64,000 nt of DNA from an uncultured Akkermansia sp. Lineage in GTDB: Bacteria > Verrucomicrobiota > Verrucomicrobiia > Verrucomicrobiales > DEV007. The notes under the pieces were generated by a model. The model was not told the DNA's origin. It worked only from the letters and a program-made list of their open reading frames with translations, and made no database searches. The translations under genes were made by a program, and so were the position numbers. Shown here one piece after another: positions 29,582 through 39,892 of the stretch (the stretch's first letter is position 1; each line of letters begins with the position of its first letter). Location: contig CAZOUP010000003.1 in the NCBI GenBank assembly GCA_964583035.1, forward strand, positions 25,109-89,108. The letters are read 5' to 3'.

Positions 29582-30955
29582 ATGAGTTTCAAACCCCTTG
29601 CTCTCCTTTGTGCTTTCGCTCTCGGCCTGACTTTGACGCCTCTTTTGCAGGCAGCTGACCAGCCGAATATCGTTCTCATCCTTTCGGACGATCAGTCATG
29701 GACCGATTACGGTTTCATGGGGCATGAGCACATCGAAACGCCCCACCTCGATCGCCTCGCTGAAAAAAGTGCCCTCTTCCGTCGTGGCTACGTTCCCACT
29801 GCTTTGTGTCGGCCCTCGCTAATGACTCTCGCGACCGGGCTTTACACCCATCAGCACATGATCAGCGGGAATGATCCGTCTCCGACTCTAACCGCCGGTA
29901 AGAAGTCCGGTCCTGAGTACGATGCGCTTCGCGAAACTCTCATCGCCAACGTGGATCGGGTGCCGACGATCGCCCGCCTCCTTGGTGCGCAGGGATACTT
30001 GAGCCACCAATCCGGAAAATGGTGGGAGGGAAATTTTAAGCGCGGAGGTTTCACTCACGGAATGACGAGAGGTTTTCCGGAAAAGAACGGTCGTCACGGA
30101 GACGACGGGCTCGTCATTGGACGTGAGGGGATGAAGCCGGTTTTCGATTTCATCGATTACTCGGTTGCTGAAGACAAGCCCTTCTATGTCTGGTATGCGC
30201 CGTTCCTTCCGCACACTCCTCACAATCCACCGAAGGACTTATTCGACAAATATCAGGCTAAAGTTGAAAACATGTATGTCGCCCGCTACTACGCCATGTG
30301 TGAGTGGTTTGACCAGACTTGCGGCGAACTCATCGATTATGTCGATGCCAAAGGTCTCACGGAAAACACGCTCTTCGTTTATGTCTGCGACAACGGCTGG
30401 ATTCAGAGCACCGACAGCGGCAAATACGCGCCTCGTTCAAAACAGTCCGCCAATGAAGGAGGGACGCGTCAGCCGATCATGTATTCGTGGCCCGGTGTGA
30501 TTGAGCCCGGCGATCGCGGAGATCAGCTCGCCTCGAGTATCGACATTGTTCCGACGATGCTGGCAGCGGCCGGCGTTGAGGTTCCGGAAGAAATGCCCGG
30601 TCTTGATCTTATGCCTGTTCTGAAAAGTGGCGACCCGACTCCTCGAACGGAAGTTCTCGGAGAGGGATTTGCTCATGACATCGCGAATGTGAATAAGCCT
30701 GAAGACTCACTCCTTTACCGCTGGGCCGTCAAAGACGAGTGGAAGCTTCTTCTCACCTATGATGGCGCTGTCAATCGCTATGCCTCATCTCATCCAAGAG
30801 CGGAGAAGCGTCCTCAGCTTTACAATCTGCTCGCGGACCCGCACGAGGAGAAAAACCTCGCGGCGGAGAATCCTGAGGTGGTGAAAGAGCTCGCCACTGA
30901 AATTCGCGATTGGTGGCCCGTGACCGAGCGCAAGGTTCTCGAAAGCTGGGAGTGA
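29582..30955 (+). CDS. Sulfatase (S1 family), exported, non-canonical CRPSL signature
   Basis: PNIVLILSDDQ, TPHLDRLA, CRPSL, GKWW, PHTPH, DNG, DPHEEKNLA; signal peptide. Confidence 0.9.
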   Translation: MSFKPLALLCAFALGLTLTPLLQAADQPNIVLILSDDQSWTDYGFMGHEHIETPHLDRLAEKSALFRRGYVPTALCRPSLMTLATGLYTHQHMISGNDPSPTLTAGKKSGPEYDALRETLIANVDRVPTIARLLGAQGYLSHQSGKWWEGNFKRGGFTHGMTRGFPEKNGRHGDDGLVIGREGMKPVFDFIDYSVAEDKPFYVWYAPFLPHTPHNPPKDLFDKYQAKVENMYVARYYAMCEWFDQTCGELIDYVDAKGLTENTLFVYVCDNGWIQSTDSGKYAPRSKQSANEGGTRQPIMYSWPGVIEPGDRGDQLASSIDIVPTMLAAAGVEVPEEMPGLDLMPVLKSGDPTPRTEVLGEGFAHDIANVNKPEDSLLYRWAVKDEWKLLLTYDGAVNRYASSHPRAEKRPQLYNLLADPHEEKNLAAENPEVVKELATEIRDWWPVTERKVLESWE

Positions 30956-30964
30956 AATCCGCAG

Positions 30965-31594
30965 TTACTCGGGAGGCGCGTCTCGGGAGAGTTCCCCGAT
31001 GACGCGAAGGCCGTCGTCATTGAGGAAGAACACCTCAAGGCTGACGGGCAGGGTCGTGGTTCGAAATTCATCGACGAGAGACGGACCGTAGTCTTCCAGT
31101 GCTCCTCCCACAGCGGGGAAAATGTAGATCACGTAGCGATCTATGAAGACGAGATAAAGGCTCTTACCGAGGGACTCTTCGAATTTCAGCCTGAATTGCT
31201 CCGAGAAAGCTGTCGTGGAGAGAAAGGGTTCCTTCGCCGCGAGAATTGCATACTGCACCACGCCGCGCTCATCGCGAATAAATTCGGGTTTGATCTCTTC
31301 GAGAATTTTCTCGCCGAGTCTTCGCGAGAGTTCGAGGGCGCGTTCCCAGGTCAGGTCGCGTTTTTCCCATTCTTCGGTCGAAAAGGAGCGGATCCCATAG
31401 TCCCATTCGTAAAAAGGAACCATGAGCGTGGATTCGCCGCCCTGAGGTTTCTTTGAAATATTGGGACTCTCAAAGTTCCCTTCGAAGATGATGCCGACGC
31501 GGCGCGCCTTTTCTTCCGCCGTCGTTTCGCCGGAGAAGCAAATGAAAGCAACGCAGAGGAAAAGAAAGGTGGGTATTTTAAATCTGTTTGCCAT
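30965..31594 (-). CDS. Hypothetical exported protein
   Basis: 209-aa ORF filling the gap, signal-peptide-like N-terminus; family not recognised. Confidence 0.7.
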   Translation of the reverse strand: MANRFKIPTFLFLCVAFICFSGETTAEEKARRVGIIFEGNFESPNISKKPQGGESTLMVPFYEWDYGIRSFSTEEWEKRDLTWERALELSRRLGEKILEEIKPEFIRDERGVVQYAILAAKEPFLSTTAFSEQFRLKFEESLGKSLYLVFIDRYVIYIFPAVGGALEDYGPSLVDEFRTTTLPVSLEVFFLNDDGLRVIGELSRDAPPE

Positions 31595-31630
31595 CCGTCA
31601 TGGAATAGGTTGGGTTGAAACTAAAAGCTG

Positions 31631-32230
31631 ATGATTACATTTTTACAAGGAACGCTCGTGGAAAGTTGGCCGGGGAGGCTCGTCATCAATGCCGGAGGCG
31701 TCGGCTACGAAGTGACTATTCCGATGCTGGGCGAGGATCGATTCGGCCAGATTGGTGAGCCCACCAAAGTCTTGACCCACCATCATATCCGCGAGCAGGA
31801 GCAGACTCTCTACGGCTTCGCTGACGAGGATGGCCGCGATCTCTTCCGGCTCTTGATTAATCGGGTCACTGGCGTCGGGCCGAAAGTCGCGATGTCAGTG
31901 TTGAGCGGTATGGCTTCCTCAGATTTTAAGCACGCCGTGGTCAGCGGTGACATCACGACGATTGCGAAGATTAAGGGGCTTGGGAAAAAGACCGCCGAAC
32001 GGATTGTTCTCGAACTCGGTGACAAGGTCGGGGTCAAAGAAGCATGGGAGGTTCAATCATCCGGGGCTAATCTGACCGAGGAACAAGTCGCTAAAAACGA
32101 TGCGCTTCTTGCGCTGATCTCATTGGGCTACAAACCGGCCGAGGCACAGAAGGCGATTGAGAAAATTCCTGCAGAAATTACGAGGCCCGATGAAATGTTG
32201 CGGGCGGCGCTGCGACTACTTCAGGGATGA
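31631..32230 (+). CDS. ruvA: Holliday junction DNA-binding protein RuvA
   Basis: GGVGYEV, LYGF, two HhH motifs (GVGPK, GLGKKTAERI), ALISLGY. Confidence 0.96.
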   Translation: MITFLQGTLVESWPGRLVINAGGVGYEVTIPMLGEDRFGQIGEPTKVLTHHHIREQEQTLYGFADEDGRDLFRLLINRVTGVGPKVAMSVLSGMASSDFKHAVVSGDITTIAKIKGLGKKTAERIVLELGDKVGVKEAWEVQSSGANLTEEQVAKNDALLALISLGYKPAEAQKAIEKIPAEITRPDEMLRAALRLLQG

Positions 32231-33561
32231 TAGAATCGACAACAGCGGTCTCGACCTCGGAACTTGAGGCGCGGGCGAGGCAGGTTCAGGCAGAGTTGCC
32301 TGCCGGAGGGCTCTTTGCTGAAAAGGCATGGCGCATTTCCCCTGAGCCTTTTGCGCTGACGAAGAGCGAGGTCAAACAACTCGAAAAGCTCGGGCCGATC
32401 TTGCATCGCTTCCAGCAATCCTGTGATTTGATCTATCGGCGGAGCCGGAAAGGGACGCTGCCCCGATGGATCTCCAGATATCTCGATCAGGGGAAGCCGG
32501 GCGATTTGATCGAACTTGGTTTGGCGGGACCGGTTCTCGAAAACACCCCGGGGGTAATTCGTCCCGACTTGATTTTAACTGAGGAGGGATTCTCCGCCAC
32601 CGAGCTCGATTCCGTGCCGGGCGGGATTGGACTGACAGCCTGGCTGGGAGAGACCTACTCGAAATTGAGCGCCGGGACTAAAATCCTCGGAGGGCCTCAT
32701 GGGATGATTGACGGATTCCATTCGCTGTATGGAGATGAGGGGGCAGATATTTTGGTTTCTGAAGAATCCTCTGATTATCGACCGGAGATGGAATGGCTCA
32801 GCAAGCGGCTCTCTGGAGATTGGAGCGTCAAGTCTGCCGAGTCGTATCAACCCGGAGGAAGGAATGCCTACCGATTTTTCGAGCTGTTTGATTTAGACAA
32901 CGTTCCCGGAGGGCTCGCCGCCGGGCAGAAGGCGGCCGCCGGGGATCTCACGATAAAGAGTCCGTTTAAGCCGTGGCTCGAGGAGAAACTCTGGTCTGCG
33001 CTCTTCTGGTCACGACCGCTTCGGGAAACCTGGCGGCGCGAACTTCGCGATTCAAATTTTCGACAGCTGCAACAGTTGTTCCCTCAGAGCTGGGTCATGG
33101 ATCCGGCGGAAGTCCCGCATTATGCGGTCATTCCGGGATTAGAGATTCAGTCTTTCGAGGAAATGAAGCAGTTTTCCCAGACAGAGCGTGAGCTTGTCAT
33201 CAAGCTGAGTGGCTACAATGAAAAAGCGTGGGGAAGTCGCAGCGTCACGATCGGGCAGGATGTGCCTCAGGACGAATGGGCTCAAGTCATTGACGATGCC
33301 CTTGGAGCGTTTGGGGAAACGCCCTATGTCCTCCAGCGTTTTCGCGGCGGAAAATTGGTTAGGCACCCCTGGTTGAATGAATCGACCGGTCAGATTGAAA
33401 TGATGGAAGGTCGTGTCCGGCTTTGCCCCTACTACTTTGTCTCGGGTGACACTGGCAAGGTCAGCCTTGGCGGAGTTCTCGCGACGATCTGTCCTTCCGA
33501 CAAAAAGGTGCTGCATGGAATGAGTGATGCCATCCTTGTCCCCTGTTCGATCGAAAATTAA
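32227..33561 (+). CDS. Uncharacterised circularly permuted ATP-grasp / glutathionylspermidine-synthase-like ligase
   Basis: N-terminal IRPDLIL...ELDSVPGG; C-terminal LVIKLSG, YVLQRF, RVRLCPY; ATGA overlap with ruvA. Confidence 0.65.
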   Translation: MIESTTAVSTSELEARARQVQAELPAGGLFAEKAWRISPEPFALTKSEVKQLEKLGPILHRFQQSCDLIYRRSRKGTLPRWISRYLDQGKPGDLIELGLAGPVLENTPGVIRPDLILTEEGFSATELDSVPGGIGLTAWLGETYSKLSAGTKILGGPHGMIDGFHSLYGDEGADILVSEESSDYRPEMEWLSKRLSGDWSVKSAESYQPGGRNAYRFFELFDLDNVPGGLAAGQKAAAGDLTIKSPFKPWLEEKLWSALFWSRPLRETWRRELRDSNFRQLQQLFPQSWVMDPAEVPHYAVIPGLEIQSFEEMKQFSQTERELVIKLSGYNEKAWGSRSVTIGQDVPQDEWAQVIDDALGAFGETPYVLQRFRGGKLVRHPWLNESTGQIEMMEGRVRLCPYYFVSGDTGKVSLGGVLATICPSDKKVLHGMSDAILVPCSIEN

Positions 33562-33817
33562 AAATTTTAAAATTTTCATCTCAATGCGGGCAATGTTTCG
33601 CAACATTGAGAGTAAAACTTCCCTTATTATAAAACTTTCCGAACAAAAATTTGCAAAATTGCGTATCACGGGTAAGATTTCGGACGTCGTAACCGACTGA
33701 ACTGTTCCCAATTTTCATTTCGCCCTAAGTGGCACTATTGCTCAACCGTTTTCTAAAAAGAATGCGTAGCGATGGGAAGAAGGGGAGACGTATTCAAACC
33801 CCAAGAGGCGATATATC

Positions 33818-36418
33818 GTGAAGAAGATCAAATTCACCTGCTCAAACTGCCAGGCCAAGTTGCGAGTTCCAACTCATCTTGCCGGTATTTCCGCACCCTG
33901 TCCGAAGTGTGGACGGAAAATAACGGCGCCGACAGATCTCGATTGCATTGTGGATGATGAGCCCTCGGCCCGACCGAAGCGCCGCCCTACCCAGCAGGAA
34001 ACCGATGCGGCTCCGAGGCAGGCGCCCTCTGCGACCGCCGTGGCAGACGCGCCGCCGAGAAATCCTGTGCCACAAGCTGACCCTGTCGCGCCGGTGCCAG
34101 CGGCCCCTGCTCCGGCACCAGTGCCTGCTGCTGTTATTCTACCTCCGCCGGTATTCGAAGAATCGGAGCCAATTATCGAGGAGACTCTGTTCACGCCGCC
34201 CTCGCCGCCTCAGGTAGCCGTGGCCGAAACTCCAGCCCCGCAGGCGCCCTTGGAGAAAACCCAGCCGATCCATCTCAACCCAATGCCGGGAACGCTTCCG
34301 GAGGTGAAAAGTGAACTCACCGGCTCCGCTGGTGACCTCCCCCGCCTCGATGCAGACCGTGTTGGAACCAGCGACAGGTCGGCGCTTGATGCCTTGATTT
34401 CGACATCTCCGGGCACACCAACAAAGCTGCACCTTCCTCAAGCCGGTGACTTGAACGGCCAGCAGTCTCCGGGAGATTTTATCGTCCCGACCATTGCTCC
34501 CGTCGAGCCGGTCCTCCCTCAAGAACCTGAGATTTCAGTTCCGGTTGAGCCTGCGTATGACGATGCGCCATCTTATCTCGCTCCTCCCGAGGCGGTTATT
34601 CCGGACATCGCGGATCTCGACATGAGCGCTCCGGGCATTCCGATGGATGAATTAGGTGAAGTCGCTCCCCTGGAAATAGCTGAGGATGCATTTATCCCGC
34701 CCCCGGCTCTGCCCGAACCGACCGAATTTGCTTACCCCGGGGAACCGGACCCGCTGGTCGGGGAAGTGATGGAGATCCCCGCAGAGGAGCCCCTGCTGGC
34801 ACCGGAAGCCCCTGCCTATCAGCCCCCGCCGGTAGCTGAAGCTGAAATGGTCCGATTTGGAGAGGAGGAGCCCGCACGAGACAGCCTCGGTTCTGGATCA
34901 ATGGAGAGACTGCTGTCCGCGCAAAGCCAGCAGGAACACATGTCTTCGATCCAGCCTCCGGTCTCCGGGCACGTTACTCCTCCGGGTGACGAGCTTGACG
35001 CGTTGTTTGAGGCCTCATCCCCTGCAGCAGAGAATCAACGGACATCGGGATCTCCGAGCCTTGAGGAGATGTTTGGTGAAATTCCCACTGAAGGGGGGAA
35101 AACAAAGAATCTTACCAAAGTGGTCATGTATTCGATGCTGGGTGCCGTTGCGATTATCACTACTATTGTCGTGGTGTTAGGCATCAACGCCGCTGGTGGT
35201 CTTAGCCCGCAGATCACGTCGAACCAGACCGATATCACGCCCCCGCCACGGATCAGTGAAATTCCCCCGACGAATCTCACTGCCCCTTCGATCACCGACG
35301 CGCCGGCCGTGATTGATCCTGTCGCGCAGGACCGCGCGGACAAGAATGAAGAAGGGATCGCTCGCAGCACGACGACTCTACCCGGCGATACTTCGCGGCC
35401 GGTTTTGATCGCGGATGACACCCCTCCATCAAGTATTGAGACCCCGGCTTCTCAAGCTCCTGCGTCAATTGTGGACGCGCCCGCCCTTTCATTTGATGAG
35501 CGGGTTCAGCAAATCGTTAACGGCTCCGGTGAATCCACCGGGTCGGGTAACGAAATGAATATCATCGGTGGCGAATCAAAGCCCAGCCCCCTTGACAGCC
35601 TTGACGCCACCATCGCCGACCTTGGCCAATCCGCGAATGACATTGTCGGGGGTGTCGCCGACTCGGTTGCCGGAGCGATTCCAGGTGCCGCTCCTTCCGC
35701 CGCTTCGAATTACAATCCTCCCTCCGCTTTTCCTGCTCCGGGGCCGGGTGAAATGAGCGATTCTCCCCTTGGGAAAACGCACGACTTGCTCGATGCCTTC
35801 CTCAGGGCTCCGGACTGGCAGTCGCGCATCCCCTACATCTACCAGGGGGAAAGTCTCCGCCCCGCGATTGAAGATTATTACAAAAAGTGGGGCGTGACCT
35901 CTTTCGAGCGGTTCTCATTGCAGCTCTTTCAGATGGAGCAGGATACCTCGCTCGGCGGCCCTTATTGGGTCTACCTCGTCTCCACCAACGATCTCGATCA
36001 AGGGTATCCAGTGATCGTGCGGGTGGAAGATGGAAACCTGAAGGTGGACTGGGAAATCTACTCAGAGTTTCAGGACCAGCATTTTGTGGAGTTCCAGAAG
36101 GGAGCAATTGCGAGTCCTCATACCTTCCGGCTCGTCATCGAGCGGGTTTCTGACTACTTTGGAAGTGACCGTGACAGCTTCAGTGATCTGGATGACTACC
36201 TTGTTTATCAGATAAACCCTCCATACGGTGATCTCAGTGAATACTCCGAGTATGCCTTTGTGAAAAAGGGCAGCGCCCTCGCGGATGAGTTTGAAGCCGT
36301 CGTTGGTCTGAGTGATGAGCCGCTCGCGGTCATCGTCACGATTGAGCAAAAGGCATTCGGTCACGGCGTGAAGCATCTCGAAATCACTGATTACGTGACC
36401 GAAGGGTGGTTCCGCTAA
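33818..36418 (+). CDS. Zinc-ribbon, Pro-rich, single-pass membrane protein
   Basis: N-terminal CSNC...CPKC, long acidic Pro/Ala-rich linker, one hydrophobic helix (about 35120-35190), second linker, globular C-terminal domain; GTG start. Confidence 0.8.
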   Translation: MKKIKFTCSNCQAKLRVPTHLAGISAPCPKCGRKITAPTDLDCIVDDEPSARPKRRPTQQETDAAPRQAPSATAVADAPPRNPVPQADPVAPVPAAPAPAPVPAAVILPPPVFEESEPIIEETLFTPPSPPQVAVAETPAPQAPLEKTQPIHLNPMPGTLPEVKSELTGSAGDLPRLDADRVGTSDRSALDALISTSPGTPTKLHLPQAGDLNGQQSPGDFIVPTIAPVEPVLPQEPEISVPVEPAYDDAPSYLAPPEAVIPDIADLDMSAPGIPMDELGEVAPLEIAEDAFIPPPALPEPTEFAYPGEPDPLVGEVMEIPAEEPLLAPEAPAYQPPPVAEAEMVRFGEEEPARDSLGSGSMERLLSAQSQQEHMSSIQPPVSGHVTPPGDELDALFEASSPAAENQRTSGSPSLEEMFGEIPTEGGKTKNLTKVVMYSMLGAVAIITTIVVVLGINAAGGLSPQITSNQTDITPPPRISEIPPTNLTAPSITDAPAVIDPVAQDRADKNEEGIARSTTTLPGDTSRPVLIADDTPPSSIETPASQAPASIVDAPALSFDERVQQIVNGSGESTGSGNEMNIIGGESKPSPLDSLDATIADLGQSANDIVGGVADSVAGAIPGAAPSAASNYNPPSAFPAPGPGEMSDSPLGKTHDLLDAFLRAPDWQSRIPYIYQGESLRPAIEDYYKKWGVTSFERFSLQLFQMEQDTSLGGPYWVYLVSTNDLDQGYPVIVRVEDGNLKVDWEIYSEFQDQHFVEFQKGAIASPHTFRLVIERVSDYFGSDRDSFSDLDDYLVYQINPPYGDLSEYSEYAFVKKGSALADEFEAVVGLSDEPLAVIVTIEQKAFGHGVKHLEITDYVTEGWFR

Positions 36419-36427
36419 GGATCGGCG

Positions 36428-37321
36428 ATGGAGCGTGAGATCAATCGCTTCCTTCGCTTTCTCGCCGTCGAGAAAGGGCTTTCCGAAAACTATCAGCTCT
36501 CGGTGAGGCGGGCGCTGGAAAGCTTTTCGGGGTGGGCGGCAAATTCTGTCGGGGTGACTTCACCCGCAGAGGTGACGCTCGATCACCTCACTGCCTATCT
36601 CGGGCATCGTCGGCTCGACGACAAGATAGCCGCTTCCAGCCTCCGGGTGAATCTCATCGCCCTGAAGATCTTTTTCCGTCATCTCGCGGCGAAAGGTGAT
36701 ATTCCGGCAGACCTTGCCGAGCAGGTCGACTCCCCGAAACTGGCGAGATACCTTCCTGAAACGCTAAACGAAACCGTCGTTCGGCAGTTGCTCGAGTCGG
36801 TCGATGATTCCAAACCTCTTGGAAAACGTGACCGGGCGATTCTCGAGCTTTTATATGCGAGCGGCCTCCGGGTTTCTGAGCTCACCAGTTCCAGGCTTGA
36901 GCTTTTCTACCCCGAAGAGCGATCAATCCGCGTGACTGGAAAAGGGAACAAGACGCGAATCATTCCCGTCGGTTCAGCCGCTCTTGAAGCGCTGAAAAAT
37001 TACCTCGAACTCGAGAGGCCTAATCTGGTTCGACCTCAGACCAGCAGTGAAATTTTCCTATCTAAGTGGGGAAAGAAGCTAACGACGACCCGCATCTGGC
37101 AAATTGTGAAAGAGCGGGCCAAGCTTGCGGGGATCGAGTCCAATGTCTACCCGCACCTTCTTCGCCATTCCTTCGCCACACATCTGCTCGGTAACGGAGC
37201 GGACCTGAGAGTGATTCAGGAATTGCTCGGGCATGCCGACATCGCGACCACCCAGATATACACTCACGTGGACCAGAAACACCTGCGCGACGTTCACCGC
37301 AAGTTCCACCCGAGAGGGTAG
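36428..37321 (+). CDS. xerD: Site-specific tyrosine recombinase XerD-like
   Basis: LLYASGLRVSE, GKGNK, PHLLRHSFATHLL, LLGH, TTQIYTHV, FHPR; complete R-K-H-R-H-Y set. Confidence 0.9.
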   Translation: MEREINRFLRFLAVEKGLSENYQLSVRRALESFSGWAANSVGVTSPAEVTLDHLTAYLGHRRLDDKIAASSLRVNLIALKIFFRHLAAKGDIPADLAEQVDSPKLARYLPETLNETVVRQLLESVDDSKPLGKRDRAILELLYASGLRVSELTSSRLELFYPEERSIRVTGKGNKTRIIPVGSAALEALKNYLELERPNLVRPQTSSEIFLSKWGKKLTTTRIWQIVKERAKLAGIESNVYPHLLRHSFATHLLGNGADLRVIQELLGHADIATTQIYTHVDQKHLRDVHRKFHPRG

Positions 37322-37346
37322 GGTCCCCTGATTGCAGTGGGGAAAC

Positions 37347-37745
37347 TCAATCGTCATCGCGCATCCACCAATCGGCAGGGCGCTCCCAGGGATCCAGAGC
37401 CTGGCTCTTTTCCTCGGTGTGTTTGTCGTCTGAGAAAAACGCGTTTTCCTCGGCCTCTTCGCGCTCGATCTCTTCGAGGAGTAAATCGAGATCATCAGGC
37501 TCTTCGGCAAACTTCTTCTCACGAAGGACAAGATGGAAAAAGAAAATACCGATCCCGAGAACCATTCCGACAACCAAACCGATCATGAAGATCGCGGCAG
37601 CACTGTCGGCAGTGACCCAGGCGCTCTCCCCGTAGCCAAATTCGGCCATGCCCGCTTTGTTCAACTGAATGAGACCGTCGACGGCCATGAGAGCGAGGAT
37701 AAAAGCTCCGACGATTAAAACGAGGCGGTTTGCGGAAAATTTCAT
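37347..37745 (-). CDS. Hypothetical membrane protein (2 TM, acidic C-tail)
   Basis: Two hydrophobic helices and a C-terminal PWERPADWW; start at 37745 or 37769. Confidence 0.7.
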   Translation of the reverse strand: MKFSANRLVLIVGAFILALMAVDGLIQLNKAGMAEFGYGESAWVTADSAAAIFMIGLVVGMVLGIGIFFFHLVLREKKFAEEPDDLDLLLEEIEREEAEENAFFSDDKHTEEKSQALDPWERPADWWMRDDD

Positions 37746-37897
37746 GAGCGGTTTGATCGTATTTCGCAAGTCTGAGAGACTCAGTTGCGAAGTATATCAA
37801 AGCTGCAAAGTGTAACAACCATAAACTCCAGTTTAATGCCGAAACCGGAAAAGTATTCTCAGCCCTGCGAAATCCTAAGGGCGATAAGCCCTCTTCA

Positions 37898-38338
37898 TCA
37901 GCTCTGACAGCCGGCGCAGCGCCCGAAAAACTCCAGTTCGTGCTCCAGATCAGAATAACCGCTCGTTTTCGCGATCTCCTGTTCGAGATGCTCAACGGGG
38001 CAGGTGATGTTCAACACTTCCACCGAACCGCAGTCTCGACAGATCAGATAATCCTGATGGCTGCTTTCACGAAGACAGTAGTGTGCGGCACGACTGTGAA
38101 AGCCGATCCGCCGAACGATTCGTTTTTCTTCGAGCCGAGTGACCAGTCGATAAATCGTCGCCGGATCGCATGAGATCCCGAGGAAAGGACTCGTTCCGAT
38201 TTCCTGAAGCGTGAGCGGCTGGCCTGCTTTCAGAAAGACCTCGAGACATGCCCTGAGTGCACTTGTCTTCCGGAGACCGGCGTGAGAGCACTGGACGAGA
38301 AGAGAGTCTAGATCAGGAATAGCGTGAGAGTGTCCCAT
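37898..38338 (-). CDS. Fur-family transcriptional regulator
   Basis: GLRKT, ATIYR, HQDYLICRDCG, HELEFFGRCAGC. Confidence 0.9.
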   Translation of the reverse strand: MGHSHAIPDLDSLLVQCSHAGLRKTSALRACLEVFLKAGQPLTLQEIGTSPFLGISCDPATIYRLVTRLEEKRIVRRIGFHSRAAHYCLRESSHQDYLICRDCGSVEVLNITCPVEHLEQEIAKTSGYSDLEHELEFFGRCAGCQS

Positions 38339-38440
38339 GTTGAGATTGCCAGAATATAACAGTTTTTAGCGTGCCGCAATGAGCCACATTCCCATGATTG
38401 CCTGCGAGCCGAACCTTTGATATAAAAGCCCTACGTTTTC

Positions 38441-39892
38441 ATGACAAGAATCACCCTCTCAATTTTCTTCGCCGCCGGCACCTTCGCCATGAGCGTAGCG
38501 TCCGCCGAGGCCCGCCCGAATATCGTCTTTCTCCTCACCGACGATCAGACGACTTACTCGCTCGGCTGCTACGGGAACGAAGATGTGCAAACGCCAAATA
38601 TTGATCAGCTCGCCGCTGACGGGATGATCTTCGACAAGCATTACAACACCACCGCGATCTGCATGGCGAGTCGGGCGAATATCTTCACCGGGCTCTTCGA
38701 GTACCGGAACGGTTGCAACTTCGAACATGGCCATCTTCTGCGAAAGAAGTGGGAGAAGAGCTATCCGATCATGTTGCGCGAAGCCGGATACCGCACCGCG
38801 ATCGCTGGAAAAATCGGGATAGATATCGCGGATGACCCCGAGGGGGAAGGATCGCTCCCCGAGAATGACTTTGACTGGTGGGGAGCCGGCCCCGGCCAGA
38901 CGCATTACGAAACGAAAAAGAACAAAAGCATGGCGAAATACGCGGCGGAGTATCCGCATTCGACCCTGTCCTACGGAGCCTTCGGACGGGATTTCATCCA
39001 GGCGGCAGCGGAGGATGAAGTGCCATTCTGCCTTTCAATTAGCTTCAAAGCCCCGCACAAGCCCGCGACTCCGGACCCTCGGTTTGATCACATCTATGAA
39101 GGCAAGGCCTTCAAAAAGCCCGCCAACTACGGTCGGGAAAACGGAGAGCATTTCTCCCTCCAAAGTCGCCAGGGTAGACAGTTTGTCCGCTTTGAAGAAT
39201 GGGGCTACGCCGACAAATACGACAAAGTCATGGCGACCTATCACCAACAGATTTACGCCGTTGATGTTGCTATCGGCATGATCCGTGAAGCGATTTCCGA
39301 GGCCGGGGTGGAAGGGGAGACCGTCATCATTTTCACCTCTGATAACGGGTTCCTTTGCGGGTCACATGGCTACGGCTCGAAGGTGCTCCCTTACGAAGAG
39401 TCGGCTCGTGCTCCCATGATCGTTTACCTTCCCGGACACGAAAATTCAGGAAAGGGGCTGCGAAGCGAAGCCCTCACCGGGAACGTTGATTTTTATCCGA
39501 CGTTGTTAGAGTTGGCCGGACTCGAAGTCGCGAAGGGGATCGACGGGAAATCCCTTCTTCCGCTCTACGACAACCCGACTGCTTCGATTCACGAGCAATT
39601 GCCGCTCATCAATGTCTGGGGTCCGAAAGAGGTCCACAGTCTCGGAGTCGTTACCGCCGACTGGAAATACGTCTACTGGCCGTATGAAGAAGGTTCATTT
39701 GAAGCGACTGAAGAGTTGTTCTTCATCCGCGAAGATGCGTTGGAGTTGCGGAACGAACTGAACAATCCGGAGCATTCGTCAGAGCTTGAGCGGATGCGAA
39801 AGCGTTATGACGGGGAAGTGAAAAGCTGGAATCAAAAAGCAGTTCCCCATCACAATTACGCGCCGTTTGGAGAGTTGTTTGAGCGGGATTGA
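38441..39892 (+). CDS. Sulfatase (S1 family), exported, CxAxR signature
   Basis: [24 protein letters not shown]...TG, FKAPH, SDNG, YEESAR; signal peptide. Confidence 0.92.
   Translation: MTRITLSIFFAAGTFAMSVASAEARPNIVFLLTDDQTTYSLGCYGNEDVQTPNIDQLAADGMIFDKHYNTTAICMASRANIFTGLFEYRNGCNFEHGHLLRKKWEKSYPIMLREAGYRTAIAGKIGIDIADDPEGEGSLPENDFDWWGAGPGQTHYETKKNKSMAKYAAEYPHSTLSYGAFGRDFIQAAAEDEVPFCLSISFKAPHKPATPDPRFDHIYEGKAFKKPANYGRENGEHFSLQSRQGRQFVRFEEWGYADKYDKVMATYHQQIYAVDVAIGMIREAISEAGVEGETVIIFTSDNGFLCGSHGYGSKVLPYEESARAPMIVYLPGHENSGKGLRSEALTGNVDFYPTLLELAGLEVAKGIDGKSLLPLYDNPTASIHEQLPLINVWGPKEVHSLGVVTADWKYVYWPYEEGSFEATEELFFIREDALELRNELNNPEHSSELERMRKRYDGEVKSWNQKAVPHHNYAPFGELFERD

Noticed and set aside
33725..33745. 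Sigma-54 promoter (TGGCACTATTGC)
   Set aside because: The GG-N10-GC spacing is not satisfied
36428..37321. Tyrosine recombinase as a prophage, ICE or integron integrase
   Set aside because: Size and motifs fit housekeeping XerD; no IntI patch, att repeats, tRNA target or mobile cargo
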